The notes beneath the pieces were generated by a model. The model was not told the DNA's origin and made no database searches. It saw only the letters and a list, made by a program, of their open reading frames with translations. 64,000 nt of DNA, taken from NCBI GenBank assembly GCA_965223705.1, contig OZ245015.1, positions 2,880,001 to 2,944,000 of the forward strand, in the 5' to 3' direction. Below are positions 58,968 through 64,000 of this stretch, piece by piece (positions within the stretch are counted from its first letter, which is position 1; each line of letters opens with the position of its first letter). The translations under genes were made by a program, and so were the position numbers. The stretch comes from Myxococcota bacterium (GTDB lineage Bacteria > Myxococcota_A > UBA9160 > UBA6930).

Positions 58968-60173
58968 CTAGCGGATCTTGTCCGTGAAGTTCGGCAGGAC
59001 TTTTTCCGTGAGCAGCTCGAAGTGCCGCATCATCGCTTTCTGCGGAATGAGCTGCGTGTACGTGAAGAGCCAGAAGTACTCGGCCGGCAACTCCTCGAAC
59101 AGCGCCTCGAGCTTGCGCGACACGGTATCGGGGCTGCCACACACGACGAGCCCACGTTCATCCAACAGTTCGAACGTTTTCGGCAACTTCATCGGGTCTT
59201 CGCCGGGCCGCGCTACGGCCGCGTTGAACCCGAAGGGCTGGAAGAACTTCTGCCAGATGTAGACGCCCGCGTCCTTCGCGAGGTTGTACGCCTCTTCGTC
59301 GGTGTCGGCGACGATGACGTCGCGAATGATTCCCAAGCCTTCGCCGAACTTGAGATCTTTGCCGACCTCCGCGGCGCCTTCTTGTCCGGCGCGGAACTGG
59401 CCGGCGCAGATGTCGGGATCGCACACGATCGTGATGGGCACGACGTCGTTCTGTGCGGCCCAGCGAACCGACGATTCCGAAAAGCTGAAGGGCTGGAACA
59501 ACGGCGGGTGCGGCTTCTGATAGATCGCCGGGGCGATTCCGATCTCGCGAATCATTCCCGCGTCGTCGACGCCTTGCCCGAGCTCGCGTGTCACTTCGTG
59601 GGCGGGCCAGAAGATGTTGTCTCGGGGCGGGATGTCCCAGTGCTTGCCGTGGTGGCTGAAGGTCGGGTTCGCCCACGCCTTTTTGATGATGTCGAAGTGC
59701 TCGTGGTAGAGCTCTTTCTTGAGCTCCTCGTAGCGCGCCGGATCCGTCGTGCTATCGGCCAGCGTGTCGTAGTGCTGACCTAGCAGGTCGACCCAGCGGG
59801 GCTGGTAGCCGCGCGCAAAGCCGGCGAAAACACGCCCTTTGAGCATCTGGTCCACCATCGCGATGTCTTCGGCGAGGCGGATCGGGTTCGCGCAGGGCAA
59901 CACGTTGCCGAGCTGCCCGAAGCGCAGGTGCTTCGTCTGCATACCGAAGTACAGATCGAGTAGGATCGGGTTCGTCGAGACCTCTTCGCCCTCGATGTGG
60001 AAGTGATGCTCGGTGGTCGCGGAACCGTAGTAGCCGTGCTCATCGCAGTACTGAAGCTGCTCGGTCATGTCGGCCAGCATCTGCTGGTACAGATCCGTCC
60101 GCTGACCGGCCATTCCCTTTTCGAGCTCCTTCTTGGAGCCCGTGCTCGGCAAATAGAAAATTCCGACTTCCAC
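58968..60173 (-). CDS. Luciferase-like (LLM) flavin-dependent oxidoreductase
   Basis: TEHHF, NPIRLAEDIAMVDQMLKGRVFAGFARGY, QKPHPP, GSPDTV. Confidence 0.93.
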   Translation of the reverse strand: MEVGIFYLPSTGSKKELEKGMAGQRTDLYQQMLADMTEQLQYCDEHGYYGSATTEHHFHIEGEEVSTNPILLDLYFGMQTKHLRFGQLGNVLPCANPIRLAEDIAMVDQMLKGRVFAGFARGYQPRWVDLLGQHYDTLADSTTDPARYEELKKELYHEHFDIIKKAWANPTFSHHGKHWDIPPRDNIFWPAHEVTRELGQGVDDAGMIREIGIAPAIYQKPHPPLFQPFSFSESSVRWAAQNDVVPITIVCDPDICAGQFRAGQEGAAEVGKDLKFGEGLGIIRDVIVADTDEEAYNLAKDAGVYIWQKFFQPFGFNAAVARPGEDPMKLPKTFELLDERGLVVCGSPDTVSRKLEALFEELPAEYFWLFTYTQLIPQKAMMRHFELLTEKVLPNFTDKIR

Positions 60174-60185
60174 GATTTCTCCCGC

Positions 60186-61034
60186 CTAGCCCTGTGCTCG
60201 AATCTTATCGAGGACGGGCATCAGATACTTCTTGAAGACTTCGGGATTCTCACACATGGGGAAATGCCCGATCTCCTGCATGATGATGCACTCGGAGCCC
60301 TTTACCTTTTTCGCCGTGTCCTCGGTCATTTCGGGCGTGCAAGCGAAGTCGTATACGCCGGTCATGAGGTAGATGGGAATGTCGCCCGAGAGCTTCGAGC
60401 ACAACTCGCGGAAGTCGTGATCGACGCTGTAGAAGTAGAGGTCTCCCTTGAAAACGCCGGGACCGCCCTGGGCGTAGTACCACCAGGTCTCCCAGCGATA
60501 CTCGTCGGGGCTTTGCGGCGCCATCAAGCCGAAAACGGACGTGGCACACGCTTCGCCGCCGTGGACCTGCGAGTTATGCAACCAGTCGAGATGCCAACCC
60601 GGCGAGTGATCGCACGCTTCGATGGCGATCAGGGAGCGGAGCTGCTTCTCGTAGTGGAGTGCCAGGTGGAGGCAGATATTGCCGCCCATCGAGCTCCCCA
60701 TGATGACCGGCCGGTCGAGCTCCAGTGCTTCACAGAAAGCCATCACGATGCCGCTGTAGAACTCGGCCGTGAGTTTGTATTCCTCGGTCTCTAAGTACCA
60801 GTCTCCGGGCGGGATCGATTTTCCGTGGCGCGGCAGGTCGAGCGCGATGACGCGGAAATGCTTGTTGATGTCGGGATCGCAGAGCTGGTGCCGCCACTCG
60901 CGGGAATCGGTGCCTGCCGTGTGCAGGCAGACCATCGGGATCCCCTCTCCGGCTTCTTCATAGAAAATCCGGTAATCGACGCCCTTGTAGGGCACGTAGA
61001 CGTAGCGGCCGGTGATCGGTTCGATCTTTGCCAT
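60186..61034 (-). CDS. Alpha/beta hydrolase
   Basis: LHTAG, DLPRHGKS, GSSMGG, YDF, GHFPMCENP. Confidence 0.92.
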   Translation of the reverse strand: MAKIEPITGRYVYVPYKGVDYRIFYEEAGEGIPMVCLHTAGTDSREWRHQLCDPDINKHFRVIALDLPRHGKSIPPGDWYLETEEYKLTAEFYSGIVMAFCEALELDRPVIMGSSMGGNICLHLALHYEKQLRSLIAIEACDHSPGWHLDWLHNSQVHGGEACATSVFGLMAPQSPDEYRWETWWYYAQGGPGVFKGDLYFYSVDHDFRELCSKLSGDIPIYLMTGVYDFACTPEMTEDTAKKVKGSECIIMQEIGHFPMCENPEVFKKYLMPVLDKIRAQG

Positions 61035-61046
61035 GGATCCCTCGCT

Positions 61047-61436
61047 CTAGTTCGTCACGTCGCGCATCAGCGCGAGCGCCCAGGTGAAAGCGCGTAGGTT
61101 CTGCCAGAGCACCTTGACGTCGCCGTCGATGACCAAGCGCCCGTGGAGCGGGTGCGCCATGGCCCACATGTCGTTGTACATGGGCGGCGGCACTTCCTGA
61201 CAGAACTTCTCCCATGTCTCAGCGGGCGCCCGAAGCGCGAAGTTCCAGCACGTCTCCGGCCCGAGCTCGCTCTCGACCTCTGTGATGCGACCCTTCCGAA
61301 AGCTGACCGCGTGGCCCGCGTCTCCGAATTCGAGGAGCACATCGGCGGTCAAGTGCTTCCCGATGTTGGCCATCACTCCGTCGCGGTTGACCTGTTCCTG
61401 CCAACGACCCACCCAGGCCGAGTCGAACATCGCCAT
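61047..61436 (-). CDS. Small SCP2-like sterol/lipid-binding fold protein
   Basis: ATG at 61436 after GAGGA; FDSAW..W..VNRD, FALRAPAETWEKF, GRLVIDGD. Confidence 0.6.
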   Translation of the reverse strand: MAMFDSAWVGRWQEQVNRDGVMANIGKHLTADVLLEFGDAGHAVSFRKGRITEVESELGPETCWNFALRAPAETWEKFCQEVPPPMYNDMWAMAHPLHGRLVIDGDVKVLWQNLRAFTWALALMRDVTN

Positions 61437-61735
61437 CAGCTTGTCCTCTTCCGTGTGCGTATTCCGGTCCGCGCTGGCCTCGGCCGGCGTCCGCTCCGCC
61501 GGCTTCCGAATCGTGGGCCGGTGGAGAAGCCGATAGCGCACGGGCGCGGCGCGGCGAAGTGGCGCGGACGAGCCCCGCCCCAACAGCTCGAAAAGTAGAC
61601 TCGATCCGGCCTCCGTGTGTCAACTCGATTTGCGATGACGCGATGCGCTAGCGCGTTGCGTTATTCGAACCGACCCGCCACCGAGCCGTTGGATGGCTTC
61701 GTTACGCTACGAGCGTCGTACAGGAGGCCCGAGCA

Positions 61736-63214
61736 ATGGATCAGTTCAAGATGTTGATCGACGGCGAGTGGTGTCAGGCCGCGGGCGGGGAATGGTTCGA
61801 AACCCAAAACCCGTACACCGGGAAAACCTGGGCCCTCGTTCCTCGCGGCGGGAAAGAGGACGCGAATGCCGCCGTAACGGCCGCGCACCGGGCGTTCACG
61901 TCCGGCGAATGGCCGACGTACACCCCGACCCAGCGCGGCCACCTCCTCCGCCGGCTCGGTGACCTGATCAAAGAAAAAGCCGAGTACCTGGCGGACTGCG
62001 AAGTCCGCGACAACGGGAAGCTCAAGCTCGAGATGTTCGGCCAGCTTCAGTACGTCCCGGAGTTCTACTACTACAACGCGGGCCTGGCGGACAAAATCGA
62101 AGGCCGTGTCATCCCGATCGATAAGCCGGGCATCTTCAACTACACCCGACACGAGCCGCTCGGCGTCGTCGCATGCATCACCCCCTGGAACAGCCCGATC
62201 CTCTTGCTGTCGTTCAAGCTCGCGCCGGCTCTCGCGGCGGGCAACACGATCGTGGTGAAACCGTCGGAGTTCACTTCTACGTCGACGCTCGAGCTCGCGA
62301 AGCTCTTCGAGGAAGCGGGTTTCCCGCCGGGCGTCTTCAATGTCGTGACGGGCTACGGGCCCGACGTCGGCGAGCCGCTCGTCGTCGACGATCGCGTTCA
62401 GAAAGTTTGCTTCACGGGTTCCGAGATGGGCGGCGTGCGTGTCTACCAAGCCGCGGCCGCCGGTCTCAAGGCAGTCACTTTGGAGCTCGGCGGCAAGTCG
62501 CCAAACATCGTCTTCGAGGACGCCAATCTCGACAACGCGGTAAAGGGAGCTGTCTCGGGCATCTTCGCAGCGAGCGGTCAAACCTGTATCGCGGGCTCGC
62601 GCCTGCTGCTGCAGCGATCGATCCACGACGCGTTCGTCGAGAAACTCGTCGACTTCGCCCGCACCGCGAAGCTCGGCGATCCGAGCCAGATGGACACGCA
62701 GGTCGGTCCGGTCACGACGCCGCCTCAGTTCGAGAAAGTGCTCAAATACATCGACATCGGTAAGGAAGAAGGCGCCGAAATCGTGCTCGGTGGCGGACCT
62801 TCCGATCGACCGGAACTCGGGGACGGCTGGTTCGTCGAACCGACGATCTTCCGAGGCGTCAACAATCAAATGCGCATCGCTCAGGAAGAAATTTTCGGGC
62901 CGGTTCTCTCGATCATTCCCTTCGATGACCAAGACGAGGCCGTCTCGATCGCGAACGACGTGCTCTACGGCCTCGCTTCGGGTGTCTGGACCCAGAATCT
63001 GGCACGTGCCCACCAAGTGGCCGCAGCGCTGCAAGCCGGCACCGTGTGGGTGAATACGTACCGAGCGGTCTCGATGACGTCTCCCTTCGGCGGGTGGAAG
63101 CGCTCCGGGCTCGGCCACGAGAACGGTTCCCGGGCCATCGAGCAGTTCCTCCAGGAAAAGAGCGTCTGGATCAACACGAGCGACGAGTTCCCGAACCCGT
63201 TCGGGATGCGCTAG
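61736..63214 (+). CDS. NAD(P)-dependent aldehyde dehydrogenase
   Basis: ITPWN, KPSE, FTGS, LELGGKSP, GQTCIAG, EEIFGPV, PFGGWKRSG. Confidence 0.96.
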   Translation: MDQFKMLIDGEWCQAAGGEWFETQNPYTGKTWALVPRGGKEDANAAVTAAHRAFTSGEWPTYTPTQRGHLLRRLGDLIKEKAEYLADCEVRDNGKLKLEMFGQLQYVPEFYYYNAGLADKIEGRVIPIDKPGIFNYTRHEPLGVVACITPWNSPILLLSFKLAPALAAGNTIVVKPSEFTSTSTLELAKLFEEAGFPPGVFNVVTGYGPDVGEPLVVDDRVQKVCFTGSEMGGVRVYQAAAAGLKAVTLELGGKSPNIVFEDANLDNAVKGAVSGIFAASGQTCIAGSRLLLQRSIHDAFVEKLVDFARTAKLGDPSQMDTQVGPVTTPPQFEKVLKYIDIGKEEGAEIVLGGGPSDRPELGDGWFVEPTIFRGVNNQMRIAQEEIFGPVLSIIPFDDQDEAVSIANDVLYGLASGVWTQNLARAHQVAAALQAGTVWVNTYRAVSMTSPFGGWKRSGLGHENGSRAIEQFLQEKSVWINTSDEFPNPFGMR

Positions 63215-63217
63215 GCC

Positions 63218-63616
63218 CTAACGAAAGAAGACCGCGTCCGGCTCGACTTGGTATCCCTCGGCCAGGCGATTCGTTTCGTTGAACATGCCGACGACGGACA
63301 TCATCTCCCCGAGCATCGCATCGGTCATCCCGAGTTTCCGCGCGGAAGCGGTATGGGAGCGGATGCAGTATTCGCAACCGTTCGTCGCGCTGACGGCGAT
63401 CGCGATCATTTCCTTGGTCAGTCCGTCGAGGGCGCCGGGTGTCATCACTTCCTTCACGCTTTGCCAGGTACGGCGCAAGAGCGCCGGGTCGTGAGCGATC
63501 GTGCGCCAAAAGTTCGGAATGAAATCGATCCCGCGGCTTTTCATGATGTCGTCGTAGATCGCGCGTACTTCTTCGTTCGCGGCCTCGTACGAAACCGGCT
63601 CGACGAGTGTGTTCAT
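63218..63616 (-). CDS. Carboxymuconolactone decarboxylase/AhpD-like protein
   Basis: KEMIAIAVSATNGCEYCIRSH. Confidence 0.9.
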   Translation of the reverse strand: MNTLVEPVSYEAANEEVRAIYDDIMKSRGIDFIPNFWRTIAHDPALLRRTWQSVKEVMTPGALDGLTKEMIAIAVSATNGCEYCIRSHTASARKLGMTDAMLGEMMSVVGMFNETNRLAEGYQVEPDAVFFR

Positions 63617-63631
63617 CGTGACGTCCCTTTT

Positions 63632-64000
63632 CTAACGGAGCTCGGCGACCACTTCGCCCAAGCGCTCGATCGTCTCGAGGCATTCTTGTCGCGAGGGATA
63701 GTACTCGGGTGAATTGTTCGGCGTCCGCGTGCGCAGGCAGATGTAGTCGGGTTTCACGATCTCGCGCATCTGCCCGAGCCGATCGACCCACTTCTGCTTG
63801 TTACCGAGGGTCAGCGCCGCGCGCTCCAGGTTTTCGAGGACGTCCCGTTTCTTGTCCGGGGCCAGCGACTTGTCTTCGTAGAACCCCAGTTCTCGCACCC
63901 AGCGGTGGCCGTGCTTCTTGCGGACGTCGGCTTCGTCGTCTCCGATCCATCCCTCGAGACCGGTCGCGAAGACCCAATCCTCTTTGCCGCGGGCGGCCGC
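63632..64000 (-). CDS. Probable LLM-class oxidoreductase, C-terminal part (5' truncated by window edge)
   Basis: Frame open to the window end; WIGDDEADVR..LTLGNKQKWVDRL..CLETIERLGEVVAELR resembles an LLM C-terminus. Confidence 0.55.
   Translation of the reverse strand, partial: AAARGKEDWVFATGLEGWIGDDEADVRKKHGHRWVRELGFYEDKSLAPDKKRDVLENLERAALTLGNKQKWVDRLGQMREIVKPDYICLRTRTPNNSPEYYPSRQECLETIERLGEVVAELR

Noticed and set aside
61590..61625. Minus-strand TTGACA upstream of the SCP2-like gene
   Set aside because: No good -10 element at 16-18 nt spacing, so too weak to call.

Overview
High-GC bacterial chromosomal window of about 50 genes. No rRNA, tRNA, CRISPR array or transposase was recognised. 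The gene repertoire (PEP-CTERM proteins, sigma-54 activators, DUF1302-like/MMPL/YCF48 genes, luciferase-like monooxygenases) suggests a Myxococcota/Binatota-like diderm, with low confidence. Contents from left to right: a TonB/TolA C-terminal protein coupled to a ~1090-aa secreted protein of ~42 Dx[DN]xDG repeats; a sensor-less sigma-54 activator; typA; a stand-alone PilT-N-like gene; a TPR/beta-barrel + FecR pair; an L,D-transpeptidase; a tRNA nucleotidyltransferase lacking the flexible loop (probable CC-adding enzyme); two divergent orphan response regulators; lipA-aceE-aceF-lpdA; a MoxR-VWA-thyA-thioredoxin-like operon ending in a hidden UGSC-type selenoprotein (in-frame TGA at 26651, masked by a 1-nt frameshift); two paralogous PEP-CTERM genes; a Wzm/Wzt glycan locus with two AsnB-type amidotransferases; a TetR-headed operon with a TonB-like anchor/Pro-linker/VWA protein, ExbB, two ExbD and a TPR-like protein; and a catabolic/uptake operon (SCP2-like, hydrolase, LLM, YCF48, MMPL, DUF1302-like). 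Several single-base frameshifts between 26.5 and 30.3 kb suggest local sequencing error or gene decay. All family calls come from reading motifs by eye; no database search was run.
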